Positions 25,950 to 37,597 of a DNA stretch of 41,866 nt are shown here, one piece after another. Position 1 is the first letter of the stretch; every line of letters begins with the position of its first letter. The notes beneath the pieces were generated by a model, which saw only the letters and a program-made list of their open reading frames with translations, did not search any database and was not told the DNA's origin. The stretch is taken from positions 76,837,359 to 76,879,224 of the forward strand of contig NC_068983.1 of the NCBI RefSeq assembly GCF_001194135.2, read 5' to 3'. The DNA is from Octopus bimaculoides (taxonomy: Eukaryota). The position numbers and the translations under genes are program-made.

Positions 25950-26400
25950 ATCTCTAATAATATATAAAATAGAGATGTGTGCAGATTCACTTTTCACGCA
26001 AAAATGGCTTCACCAATTGCTTTCATACTCCTGATGCATGATTAATTTCACTTCGGACGAATAATAGGCTGTCCATTTGAGTTTCTTATTAAAAATTAAA
26101 AAAAAAAATATTGCTTTTTATATTACAATCACCTCTTTGAAAGTTTTAAATATTTACTTCCGGTTTTCTAGCGTCAGTGACGTAACATATCTCTTTGTGT
26201 ATATATCTCTATCCATCTCTCTCTATCTATATCTATCTCTCTGTAACATATATCTCTCTCTATGTCTCTTGTTTTTATTTCCAAGTTTTCGGACGCTATT
26301 CTTTTCATTTTCAATTTTCACACGTCATTGTTTAACTTCCATGTTCTCACTGAAAGTCTAAGTTTTCAATCGCTTTTTAAAAACTAACCACGACGAATTA
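25950..26400 (+). mobile_element. Possible non-autonomous Helitron-like element, 5' region
   Basis: tctctaataatatataaaatagagatgtgtg...cacgcaaaaatggcttcaccaattg resembles, from memory, the 5' ends of invertebrate non-autonomous Helitrons. No 3' hairpin/CTAG end was identified. Confidence 0.3.
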
Positions 26401-26514
26401 CCGTCAAAAAGAAGTTCACAATTACTGATGCAAGTAATTTCATAAGTTACTGACAGAAGTATCTTCATAAATTTCACTTCAATCCTTACTGTTTTGTGCT
26501 TTTCTGTTCTTTAG

Positions 26515-26565
26515 AAGCATGAAGACTGTACTTGAAAAAATTCCCCCTGTCTCCGTGGATTACAG
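26515..26565 (+). CDS. Candidate internal exon, phase 2 to 2
   Basis: Strong acceptor gttttgtgcttttctgttctttag; open frame SMKTVLEKIPPVSVDY; donor AG|gtagtt. Confidence 0.25.
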
Positions 26566-27910
26566 GTAGTTATCAGATCAGACAAAAAACATCTGGTCAA
26601 TATGGAAGGAGGTTTAATGCAGGGAAAACAATTGGGGGGTTATTTTGGGTAACAACATAGAAGGCATGACATTGTCCTCAATCTCAGAGACAGTACACTG
26701 ACAGACACAGTCCAACTACAGATAGCATTTATTTAGAGTTCAATTCTCTTATTAACAGTCACAGTACAGCTATATCAATTAAATCGGATTTGGGTGGAAT
26801 TGAAGAAAACTTTAGAGTATATAGAAACTCATAGTTTCGTATTTGTTTTTATTCTTAGCTAAAATTCATACTAGATCTTCGTTGTATTAGATGTATCTTA
26901 TTACACTGGAAGTTTTATTTTCATTTTAGATATTTGCACGACTGAGTATACTGGAGGATTATGTCGTTAAAATATGTTTTCACTCAATATACTCATGCTC
27001 TGAAGAACAACACGTTATGAAAATAATTTATTTATGCACTAAAACAAAATGAAAAAAAAAATTATATAATTCTTCTTTAAGTGTAGTGATCAAAATGGAA
27101 CCGACATCATTTTACAGACTGTAATACTGGAATCTACGCACTGGAAATATGTTTGCAATGGATAGGAAATTAGATTAGATACTGTGAATGCAATATAGAT
27201 TAAGTTTGCGTTAATAGTGTTTTTTAATTCTTCTTTTACTGAAATATGACAAACGTAACTATGAAGGAAAATTACTGCGACTCAATAGCAAAACTAAAAA
27301 ATGATACCCTCCGTATTAAGCACAAGTATATCAAGTCTCTCTCATATTTATGTATTCTGGAATAAACTCCGACAAATTCATAGAACAAAGGAGGAAACTT
27401 TAGTGTAAAATCTAAACAATAATCTCATTGACTCTACAAACAAACTCTAACCAGCAGCATGCAATACACTGAGCTTCAGAGTAAATCCATGCGTATATGT
27501 GTGTACACACACACACACACACACACATACACACACACGCACATTTATACATCACGCGTGTGCATGTATATAAATAAATAGATATGTGCCTGTTTATATA
27601 GGATCGAAACCGGTACTAAAATGTATTTTATAGAAGTATTTTAGCATTTTCTTCTTTGTCTTTTTNNNNNNNNNNNNNNNNNNNNNNNNNNNNNNNNNNN
27701 NNNNNNNNNNNNNNNNNNNNNNNNNNNNNNNNNNNNNNNNNNNNNNNNNNNNNNNNNNNNNNNNNNNNNNNNNNNNNNNNNNNNNNNNNNNNNNNNNNNN
27801 NNNNNNNNNNNNNNNNNNNNNNNNNNNNNNNNNNNNNNNNNNNNNNNNNNNNNNNNNNNNNNNNNNNNNNNNNNNNNNNNNNNNNNNNNNNNNNNNNNNN
27901 NNNNNNNNNN

Positions 27911-27939
<29 letters not shown>

Positions 27940-27947
<8 letters not shown>

Positions 27948-28100
27948 TGCATGGGAGAATTTACGAAACAAACAATAGACGGAGACAGGTGGTGTAAACA
28001 ACAAATGGATGTATTAGTATAACGTTCAGGAATAGAGAAAATCTTTAACGATTCGAGCCTACGCTTTTCATCTCAAAGGAACACGGAAAGAAACAAGGAG
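27940..28100 (-). mobile_element. Probable Penelope pseudo-LTR relic with a degenerate hammerhead-like motif
   Basis: The reverse strand at 28046-28076 reads ttgagatgaaaagcgtaggctcgaatcgtta, compared with the minimal hammerhead layout CTGATGA-stem II-GAAAC-palindromic stem III. Confidence 0.4.
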
Positions 28101-28407
28101 AGAAAAATAAATGTAGTGGTCAGCGATCTATCATGGCGAATGCCGAACAGGAGGATCACACAGGAGAACTAAGAAGAAGGGGAGATAACACAGTGGTGAA
28201 CCCAAGACGAGAAGGTGCGTGTGTGTCAGAGGATGCTTGTATGTAGGTGTGAAGGTGTGAAAATGTGGGGAAGGGAATTGGTCAGTGCTTGTGTGTGCGT
28301 GGTGGTGTGTTGTGAAGTGATGTGTTGTTTGATATGGTGTACCGTGGTGTGATGTGAGGGTTTTGGAAGGTGAGGGAGGCGAGAGTGGGGAAAGCACGGG
28401 TGGAATG

Positions 28408-28440
<33 letters not shown>

Positions 28441-28457
28441 TTGTGTGTATATATATG

Positions 28458-28498
<41 letters not shown>

Positions 28499-30845
28499 GG
28501 GTATGTATGTGTGTGTATGTATGTATGTATGCACATAGATATGGGACGAGAGTTTGGGGTAGAAAGATGCCAAGAGGAAATGCGAAGACAAGAGTAGGTC
28601 TTGGTTAAGAAAGTATGAGAGTGATGAATGGAGAAAGGTATATCAAGTACACGATGTTTGCAAACTGGAGACAGCAGGAAACCACACACATATCACTCAT
28701 ACCCCTCTCTTTCTCAAAATATGGAAATACCCTACACATGCAAGCTCACACTCCTACTCCGTCTTCCTTTTTACCCATCCCTCACCATAAAACTGCATGG
28801 TCCTAAGCCACTCGCTCATCGCTTGATCCGTCAGTTTTCCTCTTTCACATTCTCCATTTACTCCTGTTGCATACATTTCATTCGACGAAGGAAATTAAAA
28901 CTTTCCTCCTTCATTGTCATAAATAAAATAATAACATATTCATCGATCTTCTCTCTTGTCTTATATAGTTTTAGAGAAAAGAACCAAGGTTCATGAACTC
29001 CCAAGAGTAAACAAGAGAGACAGAAACGGTTAGAGCAACGAAAATGCTCCTTGTATTGGAATACTATGCAAATATTCTTTTAAAGAACTTTTCATTTAAT
29101 TTTTGTAAAATTTTATTGTTTTCCATACATACAGTTGAAAGAGTGTCAATGACTGAAACAGGTACTAAAATGATTTTTATGATAATATTATTTTAGCGTT
29201 TTCTACCTTGACTCTCTCCTTATATATGTCAACTCGTGCTTTCCTTTTTCAACCTTATATATATATATATATNNNNNNNNNNNNNNNNNNNNNNNNNNNN
29301 NNNNNNNNNNNNNNNNNNNNNNNNNNNNNNNNNNNNNNNNNNNNNNNNNNNNNNNNNNNNNNNNNNNNNNNNNNNNNNNNNNNNNNNNNNNNNNNNNNNN
29401 NNNNNNNNNNNNNNNNNNNNNNNNNNNNNNNNNNNNNNNNNNNNNNNNNNNNNNNNNNNNNNNNNNNNNNNNNNNNNNNNNNNNNNNNNNNNNNNNNNNN
29501 NNNNNNNNNNNNNNNNNNNNNNNNNNNTATATATATGTGGGGGGGGGTGCGTGTGTGTGTGTATGTGTGTGTGTGTGTGTGTATTCGCGCGTGTGTGTGT
29601 TATGCACGCGCGATGTTTGAATAGTGACTAAAGACAGATGCTGAATTCAAAGTTCATATTTGTGAGGTTTCAAATATTGATCTATTTTTTAAATGGCAAC
29701 CGTAATGCCGTTGCAAAATATGTGTCTTGTTTCTTGCACTCTGTAGCATTACCATCTGAAGCCTATAACGACCTGGCTTTTGACATTGGGTATGGACCAA
29801 TTCTGTAATTAGAAAGAAATGAAATTTAGTCCCCTTTGAAGCTATTCCATAATTGCAAACTGGTCAGGAGATGAAATGAAATATGACCTCAATTCCATGT
29901 GTTTTATTGCTGCCGATATGGGCAAATCGTGGCAAATAGCACAATGAAAAGCGGTTTGAAATGTTTTTGATGAAATTTGTAGAGCAAAAACGCTGTCCAT
30001 ACACTTTTAAAGTTTTCATTCTTTTTCGAACTTGCGATTTAGTGTGGTTCGAGGTGAACTAAAAACTTATTGTTTCACTCAATATGAAAATCAATTATCA
30101 TGTACTAAAGTAATCTGAACTATATTGTGTATTCGATTACAAAATATTTTGAATGATATTCTTAAAATATCTGGCATTTTCTGTTACATCTGGAGTTACT
30201 ACTTGTTTTCTATTTGATTTAATTTTATTATACACATCATTTAAATTTTAGCTTTATCTAGGCTGCGTTTTGGGTTACATAATGTATTTGTATTCTCAAT
30301 ACAAGGTTTTCAAGTCGCAATCTTGAAAACGTACATCACTTGTATAAAAATAGTGCTATATTTTTTCCTGGCAATATATTTAAAAATGAACTTGAATGAA
30401 TGAGATTTTTCTGATAATTGGTTTGGGTACATCGTTAATCTGTTATACACCAGTCCAATTTCGGTTTTAGGTAGGAATAAAGTTATTGGATGTACACTTG
30501 TGTACGAGATTAATGTTTTTATTTATCCCAAGATGACACCTGGGGGAGAAGAATCATTACAGAAAGCATTTCATCCATGATGTCTTCTTAATTTTAGAGT
30601 TCTGCTTTCGTCTTTAAGAGAGAAGAATGTGGCAAATATGATAGGCGACCGACACGATTGTGTAGTTTACTATCATCATAAACACTTACGCAATGATCAC
30701 TCAAATACAGCTTTCATAAATATGGCGAAATTTTGTATGAAAGACGCCTAGTAAAAGAGGTACACAAGTGTACATCCATTCATTCAAGGGGAATAAAAGA
30801 AGAGTTAAAATATTGAAAACAAAAGTTATGCAGTTTCTCCTCGTT

Positions 30846-30900
<55 letters not shown>

Positions 30901-30919
30901 ATCTATCTATCTATATATC

Positions 30920-31636
30920 AAGGGCAGGCGAATACGTATACAAGTCGCCAATATGCTAGAAAAAGACGCCCATGTCTAACATCTACGTTAAGATATCAAC
31001 ATAAAGTATAAACACGCGCCGTACTCGTGCAAATAAATGAAACGGATTCATGAAACAGTTCAATTACATATCAATTGATTTCAAGATTAAGGGGTAATCC
31101 CTTTTTTTGTTATCAGTGTAATATAACTCAATCAACAAAATACATACCCATGAAACAGAACGGCTCCACAGCGCAAATACACCGTTCGTACTTATATACA
31201 GAATAAAAATTAAAAAAATCTGGTTTCGTTGAATTCGACCGCGTGTTAATAACCATATAATTCAGCAGTTAATGGTTTTGGTTTGAGTGAGATTATATAT
31301 TTTTGATATATTTTAAAATTAAGGATAACAATCTATATTAGATTTTATCAGGTAGTTAGCATGCATTTAGCCTGTTAAAGTTAAATTAATCAATTTATAA
31401 ATGTTTATTAAAGGCAAGCGAGTACGCACACAAGTCGCTAGAAAAAAATTTCAACGTCTAAAATCTACCTAACGATATCAGCATAAAGTATAAACATGCG
31501 CCGGTCTAACGGTTCAATTAAATATCATTATTTACATTGATTGGGTTATATTACACTGATGATAGAAAAAAGGGATTACCTCTTAATCATGAAATCAATT
31601 GATATGTAATTGAACCGTTTCAAGAATCTGGTTCAT
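30920..31636. repeat. Composite direct plus inverted duplication (X Y ... X Y-inverted)
   Basis: X at 30920-31021 and 31410-31503 (direct); Y at 31037-31142 and 31529-31636 (inverted). Confidence 0.9.
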
Positions 31637-32049
31637 ATATTTTGATATTTAACATTTACTTTGGTTTTTTTCCCCCGTTAATGTAAACTGTTAATGTAGC
31701 CCAATCACCCAGTATACACGAGTTGCATTATAGAAATTGTGTCACTGCTTTAGGAGAGAAAGTTACAACTGACCTAGATACATGTAATCTTGTATATCAT
31801 TACTGTACACCGAATAAAGAGACCTGCCAGATTTTGTTTTATTCCAAATTGAAGGATACAGCAGCCACAGCACTTTGAATACACTTTACTATGCTAAAAA
31901 CTGCCTGTCATAGCTGACTTGTTTTCACAATGCAGTGAGGTCGTTCGGATGCTCAATATGCGTTAGCCCATTCTGATGTACTTGGCAAAAACGCTACAGA
32001 AACTTAAGAAATGCTCCAGACTTCTTATGGATTAACTTCTTCTCTGACA

Positions 32050-32480
32050 CAAGAGGTTCAAGGACGGTAGAGAGGAGATGAGAGACGATGTGAGGTGTGA
32101 GAGAGAACAAATATCAGAACATCAAAACTGGTCGAGGAAATACACAATCTTCAGAATAAAGACCAAACTGTGTCTTTGATGACAATAAACATACAGTTCT
32201 GTGTTGGTGCGGCAACTGTACAAAACTTATTCTCAGGGGGCTTAGTGACGAACATCTCGGAAACCAACTACTTGACAGAAATGGGCATCAAATCTGTTCC
32301 TCACCACACTTACAGTCGATATGTGACTCCCATGACTTTTGGTTTTCCCTTAGGTAAAGTAGAAACTCATAGTCAACCCTTTTGAAGGTTAAGGAGATGG
32401 GTACCTTCATTTTGAATGAGTTTCGTGGGGGCCTACACGAAGTAAGGGCGGTCCTACAACAAATGTATTGCAGTCAGAAG
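32050..32480 (+). mobile_element. Highly decayed, internally deleted mariner transposase relic
   Basis: MRDDVRCE..RTSKLVEEIHN..KDQTVSLMTINIQFCVGAATV (HTH region) and NYLTEMGIKSVPHHTYSRYVTP (eroded VPHPPYSPDLAP motif). Confidence 0.7.
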
Positions 32481-32989
32481 AGCCTATACTGACAAAACGT
32501 AGTGCATTTTATTTGTTTGAAATTGATACATGCCTCTCCTGAAAAAAGTTTGGAAACGACTGGGATGCATCTTCTAAGTGTACATGTGTTTGCGTGTGTA
32601 GACGTCCAGATGCACCGGTGTGTTTGTTATGTGTATATATATGTATTTCTTCCCTAAATAGAGAATGATTGGCAAATAATCTAAAAGTCTAATGTTTTGG
32701 GAGTGAAGTCTCTTCTGATATATTTTCTTCGTCGAATTGATCAGCTCCTTACCATTCGATATGGAATACGTCAGAAATGCTGAGATGACACTTTGACGTA
32801 TGGGATATGTGTAATCATAGATTCAGCCGTTCAATAAGCTGTAAGATAATAAAAATGAAAGCATCAATCAAATGTCCTTCCTTATGTTGTCTTAGTTTCA
32901 AATGTGCACATGAAAGCGAAATTGCTAATACCTTGTGCGTTATAGCAACTTTCAGGATCAAGAAATGATAAAGCAATGTACGACATGAG

Positions 32990-33320
32990 AATAAGATCGA
33001 CTCCAGTACTAAACTGTTGCTGAATTTATCTATCCAGAAATAATAATTATTTGTACAACAGACAGGTATAAGGCTCGTCGTTTTGGGTTGGTTGGAGCTA
33101 GTCGACCCCAGCGCTCAACTGATACTTGCTTTATCGACGTCTTTGCTGAATTGGCACTAGTTTTACCGACGCCAGTGCTCCAATGGCACTTGTTTTATCG
33201 AGTTCGAATGAATGAAGGTATAAACCAACCTCAGTGAAATTTGGACTCTGAACGTAAAGCTGAAAAAACACTGCTACGTATTTTGTTATGCGTGCTAACA
33301 ATTTTGCCAGCTCACCGATT
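32990..33320 (-). mobile_element. SINE family B, decayed, with an iterated internal module
   Basis: Three variants of gtcgaccccagta..aactg.tact..tttatcga near 32995, 33100 and 33165, followed by the tRNA-side portion. Confidence 0.7.
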
Positions 33321-33346
33321 TCCACCCAGAAAGCATCCTTTATATT

Positions 33347-33546
33347 ATAGGCACAATGACCGAAATTTTGTGGAGGGGTCTACTCGGTTACACTGATCTC
33401 AATTCTCAATCGGTATTTGTGTAATCATTCCCGAAATGAATTAAGGCTAGGCAGACCTCGGTGGCATTTAAACTCAACTCAAAACCGAAACAAATGCCGC
33501 TAAGGAGTTATCAAGCGTGGTAACGTTTCTGCAATGTCACCGTCTT
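33347..33546 (-). mobile_element. SINE family B, decayed full-length copy
   Basis: ataggcacaatgaccgaaattttg...gacctcggtggcatttaaactc...gccgctaagg...aacgtttctgc. Confidence 0.75.
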
Positions 33547-35477
33547 CCACCCAGACATGATAAAAAGTATAAACCATTAACTTCTTTCAAGTATGAATGA
33601 ATGGAGTTAAAACATATATAGGAAAACGCTCTATCCGATGTTTTTTTTTCTTACTTAGCCAACCAGTTGCCTTATGCATGAAGTAATTCACATTCATGTT
33701 GTTTGGATGCTGCCTGTTTGCAAGGATTAAGATTTAGGATGCAAAAAGTGTGTGCATGTGTCTACACTACTACATTTTCTTGTGTTTCTGTCTGTCGGGG
33801 TCTCTCTTTGAGTTCGCTTATCCACTTCAGTAAAACAAGATTTTGCTCTCAGAGAATTATTAAATGTGCCTGCATACGCACACGCACGTCAACTTACACA
33901 AACGGTCAGGGCGCATATACGCACGTACGCACACACGCACACACACACACACACACACACATACACACACACACACGCAAACACACACATATATATATAT
34001 ATACAGAAATATATATCTATATACATACATATGTATATATACACATATGGATATATATATATATGCATACATACACACCTACATGCATACTTACACATAA
34101 CATGTACATANNNNNNNNNNNNNNNNNNNNNNNNNNNNNNNNNNNNNNNNNNNNNNNNNNNNNNNNNNNATATATATATATATATATATATATACACCTA
34201 CATACATATACACAACTTGCATGCATACACACACACGCATTATATATGTTTGTGCGTATGTACGTCTGAGACTAGCTGTCAACAGACACCGTCACAAAGT
34301 CTGCTTCTAGTAAATGGATTTTGCCAATAAACAACAATTAGATAAAATTACTGAACATTCCTGGAACTTTGGAGAATTCACAATTCATTGACAAATATAT
34401 TTTGTTCTTGTTCATGTTGCTATTTTGGGCTGTATTATAAATATTATTGCCGTTGTTACTACTGTATGGTTGTTATTGCTTTTGTTGTTGAGCTTAAATA
34501 TCATTGTTGTCATATTTATTTTGTTGCTGATGGTGTTATTGCTTTCACTTCGAATCCCGTCTCTATTTCTCATGATACATTTTCTTTTGTTATTGTATTG
34601 TTTTAATTAATGTTCGTGGATTTTTATTTCTGTTGATATTGCTCCTAATAATATTACTTCCAATAATAAATCTGTGATTCTTTTCCTCGGCCCTGTTGTG
34701 GCACATGTTATTTTCATCGTTCTTCTTAATTCACTTTTGTACATTTTCGTTTTTGTTGCCTACTGTCATTAACATAGTTACTTATTCCTGAAGAAGAATC
34801 AACAGTAACAGCCCCCATAGAAGTTGCAGCTGTCGATGTTGTTGGTGGTGATGATGATGTGAACTTTGCATAAGTAGACGAAAGGGAGTGATATATTGCA
34901 GAAGAAAAAATGTAATGGTTTAGATGATTTAGCATCTCACCGGAACCACATATGGAACGGAATTAATCTATGGCCTGGTTGTGAGATATTCAGTGTAGTA
35001 TTATCGATTTAGTGGAATAAAGAAGTTATTCATGTTTATCTATATCCTTTTGCATTCATGTTGACAGTAAGTCCTCTGTGAAGTCGCTTAACTACAATAA
35101 ATAACAAACAATGATGGCCGCAACATTTACAGTTCTTTCTTTTAAGAAGGAAGCGCTGAAGCGTAACGAAGATAAGGTAGTCCATGATAGAACATAGATT
35201 ATATTAAGTTTTAGTTTGGCTTAAATCCATAGGATTTAGCCGACACTACATTTGTAAATTAAATGTATTAGATACTTTGGATGAGCGTAAACATTCGTTA
35301 TATTCATGTAACATAAACGTTGACATTAAAAGAGTACTTGAATACCTTATGTCTTCAAGTTATTATAGTTTCATCGGCAACTGTTTATCTCACTATCCAT
35401 TGACTGTTTCAAATTTATAGTTACGGTCGGTGTTATTAGGTGCCTAACTAAATAGAGTATTTTTCATCTACCATATC

Positions 35478-35880
35478 ATACGTGATGGTATCAATAAATT
35501 ACCGGACTCGTTCCGCAGCGCACCCGCACAAGATTGCATGCGCAGTGAGAGCTAGCAGTGACTTTAATAAGGCACTGTGCTGTGTTTACTTCACAAGTTG
35601 TGAAATTTGTGGGGTTTTTTTATCACGTGTATACTGTAGTCTGCGATTTTTTGTCATGGACAGGAAACTGGAACGAATAACTAACGTGAAATTTTGCGTT
35701 AAGACTGTCACAAAGACAATGAGGATACTTCGACAAGGTAATAGGTCGTACGTAATGGTTCAAGTTTCATGGACACTTCAATAGCAGAAGAATGTCTTTG
35801 GAAGACTATGAGCGACATGGAATACCTGCCACGAGGGAAGATACTTCACTTCGCTCTTAAAAATGAATATAAGGACCAAC
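35478..35880 (+). mobile_element. Mariner 5' fragment (TIR, leader, N-terminal transposase)
   Basis: TIR-like tacgtgatggtatcaataaattaccggact. ATG at 35656 reads MDRKLERITNVKFCVK..TKTMRILRQ, then frameshifted SRT.WFKFHGHF.S.RMSLEDYER.GIPAT (compare EQR.NIKFC and F..G..SLEDDERSGRPSTS). Confidence 0.8.
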
Positions 35881-36019
35881 CATGAGGACCAACTTAACCG
35901 ATTTTCTTTATTCAAACTGTTATGCAAGTGAAACATACTAAGGTTCACATAATTTTTGCCATAATTAGTGTATTGGTCAGGGAAAGGAAATACCAAAACA
36001 ATAAATTATTATTAGTCAT

Positions 36020-36324
36020 CACACTTCATAAATTTCATCCAATTTATTCTCCCGACGTTACTCCTTCAAACTACCATTTGTTTCGTAGTTTACGGAATCA
36101 TTTGGGGGACATAAATTTCGCAACCCATGAGGAGGTCGAAACTGACATTTCAGAGTTCTTCGCTTTGAAATCAAAAGAGTTTTACATTGATGGGATTAAA
36201 AAGCTTGTAAATAGATGGAAGAAAGTCATAGATAATCAGGGAAAGTACATTGATGATAAAATTTCAATTAAATATTACATTTGATTATTTCTTTTTTTCT
36301 TCAAACTTATGGGGTGACCTGATA
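36020..36324 (+). mobile_element. Mariner 3' fragment with terminal repeat, same family as 3073-3506
   Basis: HPIYSPDVTPSNYHLFRSLRNHLGDINF..EEVETDISEFFALKSKEFYIDGIKKLVNRWKKVIDNQGKYIDD; ends aacttatggggtgacctgaTA. Confidence 0.9.
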
Positions 36325-36827
36325 TTAAACAAATGTTAAATGTGAGCTGACAAGCTGCGGAGAGGAGAGCTTGACTAATTGCAAAAATTATGTCTAAAAT
36401 CGTTGACTTAGAATTTGGCGGGTTCTACTGTACAATAATATTTCACTATAGGTAAGGAAAGGAATAGGAACTATACGTTGATATTCACCACGGTAAGTTT
36501 ATATGTACACATTCATAAATAAATATATGTACATGCATATTCGTATCGCAGTGATAAAAAATGTAAAACAAGCCTACAGGATAATATTTATACGTGTGTA
36601 TATTATATACATTTGTATAAACATATGAACTTACCCATACACACACATACACACACTTTTCTTTTTTTTTTGTTGATGCGGTTCCTTTCATAATTGCTCT
36701 TATTGTTATCCTTTTAGTTTGCATTACTTTTCCATTGTGATACAAATAAATTGAACGAAGCTTCTATTATATTTTTCTTCTACATCTTCTTTTATTGACT
36801 GCATATATATATATATATATATATATA

Positions 36828-37597
36828 NNNNNNNNNNNNNNNNNNNNNNNNNNNNNNNNNNNNNNNNNNNNNNNNNNNNNNNNNNNNNNNNNNNNNNNNN
36901 NNNNNNNNNNNNNNNNNNNNNNNNNNNNNNNNNNNNNNNNNNNNNNNNNNNNNNNNNNNNNNNNNNNNNNNNNNNNNNNNNNNNNNNNNNNNNNNNNNNN
37001 NNNNNNNNNNNNNNNNNNNNNNNNNNNNNNNNNNNNNNNNNNNNNNNNNNNNNNNNNNNNNNNNNNNNNNNNNNNNNNNNNNNNNNNNNNNNNNNNNNNN
37101 NNNNNNNNNNNNNNNNNNNNNNNNNNNNNNNNNNNNNNNNNNNNNNNNNNNNNNNNNNNNNNNNNNNNNNNNNNNNNNNNNNNNNNNNNNNNNNNNNNNN
37201 NNNNNNNNNNNNNNNNNNNNNNNNNNNNNNNNNNNNNNNNNNNNNNNNNNNNNNNNNNNNNNNNNNNNNNNNNNNNNNNNNNNNNNNNNNNNNNNNNNNN
37301 NNNNNNNNNNNNNNNNNNNNNNNNNNNNNNNNNNNNNNNNNNNNNNNNNNNNNNNNNNNNNNNNNNNNNNNNNNNNNNNNNNNNNNNNNNNNNNNNNNNN
37401 NNNNNNNNNNNNNNNNNNNNNNNNNNNNNNNNNNNNNNNNNNNNNNNNNNNNNNNNNNNNNNNNNNNNNNNNNNNNNNNNNNNNNNNNNNNNNNNNNNNN
37501 NNNNNNNNNNNNNNNNNNNNNNNNNNNNNNNNNNNNNNNNNNNNNNNNNNNNNNNNNNNNNNNNNNNNNNNNNNNNNNNNNNNNNNNNNNNNNNNNT
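36828..37597. other. Assembly gap, the largest of 11. Others: 2410-2818, 3802-4359, 8784-8838, 12866-13267, 21191-21200, 23091-23112, 27666-27910, 29273-29527, 34111-34169, 39349-39462.
   Basis: N runs, most flanked by (TA)n or (CA)n. Confidence 0.99.

Noticed and set aside
3073-36324. Active transposase or domesticated SETMAR-like gene
   Set aside because: All mariner segments are partial, with stops, frameshifts or eroded catalytic motifs; no SET domain was seen
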